A stretch of 64,000 bases of DNA from Heptranchias perlo (taxonomy: Eukaryota): the NCBI RefSeq assembly GCF_035084215.1, contig NC_090346.1, forward strand, positions 4,464,001-4,528,000. Direction: 5' to 3'. The translations under genes were made by a program, and so were the position numbers. Shown one piece after another: positions 62,246 to 64,000 of the stretch (positions are counted from its first letter, which is position 1; every line of letters begins with the position of its first letter). The notes under the pieces were generated by a model. The model was not told the DNA's origin, did not search any database, and worked only from the letters and a program-made list of their open reading frames with translations.

Positions 62246-63489
62246 TGACTTATTTCTTTCCCTTCCTTTGTTCCTTCCTTCTCATTTATTTCAGCCGATA
62301 GTTCAAATGACTCAGTACCGGCACAATTACTGTAAATTTGGAAGATGTTGAACTCTTTATCAGAGGAAGAGCCACTGTCAGATCAAAGAACGGGCAGAAG
62401 GATTGGTAATGTAGGATGGAGAAGAGCCTAGACTCACCTGACAGCCACACGTACACAATTCCAATAGGAAGCACTAGATAGGAATCAGGAGGAGGAACCT
62501 TCTCTGATGTTTTCCCCTCCCCAACCCAGGCACTGAGGCCAATTGTAGAAATCTTACTGCTGCACCGGATGAGATCAGTTAACTAAAGTATTAGATGCCA
62601 CAGTGCTTGATGCGGCCCAAAGTACCTGTAACAAGAACTTCTGATCAATTTTGCCCTGTGGTTGCTGGAGGAATTGTATTGGGATTCAAACAAACATGTC
62701 ATAGGTTCACACAGACAAGCAAATGCTCTAGCAAACCTGATTCACTAATCAATCATTACCTTTGCACTTGAACTTTTTCAAACAATCCGATATCTTTCCG
62801 TTGCAGGACAGGCCAGATGCATTCTATATCTGCTCTGCACTGTTCACACAGTCTCCTTCACCTGAAAACAACTAAAGGTGTGACGCTTAGCCCACATAAT
62901 GGACCAGAATGCAACTTTTAATTTCACACACTTTTCTGAGTTAGATTCGTAAATAGTGTAGAATTATAGGCAGTTCTGTCCTCTGAAATTATCGAGTATT
63001 TTCTATGAAATATATCTGCTGGAAACCGGATCGTGATCAGCAAAGCTCATTTTACTTAGAATATCCATCAGAAAGAGAAAACATTTATCCCATCTTTCTA
63101 ATCTGGCCTTTAATTTGGATCAAGAGCTAACAGTACAATATTCCGACTCTACGGTGCTATCATCTACTTTGGAGTTTTTAATAAACTGATAACAGATGGT
63201 AATTTGTAATGAAATAATGACAGACAGAGTTTCAAATTAAGATAATTGGTTAAAATTTTTAAATTAAAAGCATTTGCATTTTTAAATGAGTTTTGTATTT
63301 TAAATTAGATTGTTTCACACATGGACAAGCCAACAGGAAATTCACTTCATCAAATATACTCATTTGACGTTAAGTCCCAGTCCAAGGGATTATTGTGAGC
63401 CAGTGGGATATGGGAGTGTGTGAAAGGCTCACGATTTGTGATGTAATTGGAATGGCATAATAAAGTAAAACAGAATACTTTATTTATAA

Positions 63490-63985
63490 AATCATACAAT
63501 TTGACAGCTTTGAAGGAGGCCATTTGGCCCATCAGGCCTGAAAAAGCTATCCATTCAATCCCGTTCTGCTGCTCTTTCTTCATATCCTTTTAAATTCTTC
63601 TTTTCCAACTATTTACCCACTTTCCTCTTAAAAACTATTATGGATTCTGCTTCCACCATTGTTTCTGGTAAGCATTTCATGTCCTCACAACGCTCAGTGT
63701 AAAAAAAACTCTCACTTCATTCTTTTAGTAATCATCTTAAATTTCTGCCCTCTAGTTACGGACTCACCAACTAGTGGAAAATAGTTTTCCCTATTTACCT
63801 AATTAAAACTCTTAACATTTTGAACACCTCTATCAGATTTCCTCTTAACCTTCTAAGTTCTGGTGAGCCCTAGTTTCTTTTGTCTGTCCTTATCCCTGGT
63901 ATCATCTTAGAAAATCTGTTCTGTACCCTCTCCATGACCTCGACATATTTCCTAAAGTAGGGCACCCAAATGTCAAACAACTATG
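63490..63985 (-). mobile_element. CR1 3' fragment
   Basis: CR1 tail GGAGGCCATTTGGCCCATC and decayed RT C-terminus on the minus strand. Confidence 0.75.
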
Positions 63986-64000
63986 GGGCAGAATTAACTG

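Overview
Vertebrate genomic DNA, very repeat-rich. The repeat content (Deu-domain tRNA SINEs, CR1-type LINEs, Harbinger-like elements) suggests a cartilaginous fish; that is inference. The only host gene I can support is a four-exon selenoprotein gene, MSRB1 (+ strand, CDS 14182-20096, 112 aa). It has an in-frame UGA (Sec93) and a clear 3'UTR SECIS, and the ORF track captures only exon 2. Its CpG-rich promoter carries a 5 x 31-bp minisatellite built around NRF1-type motifs. The rest is mostly transposable elements: CR1 LINEs (one near full length with an esterase ORF1), a second CR1-group LINE family, DeuSINEs, two non-autonomous Harbinger-like elements keeping a Myb/SANT gene, several MITEs, a Penelope-like remnant with a minimal hammerhead ribozyme, and a solo LTR. 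The most unusual observation is the second LINE family. Its full-length copy starts with a tRNA-like A/B-box head, has no ORF1 and no in-frame AUG before the endonuclease, and has no TTTT run on its 3.3-kb sense strand, as expected for a protein-coding LINE transcribed by RNA polymerase III. Element boundaries were read by eye and are approximate unless TSD/TIR coordinates are given.
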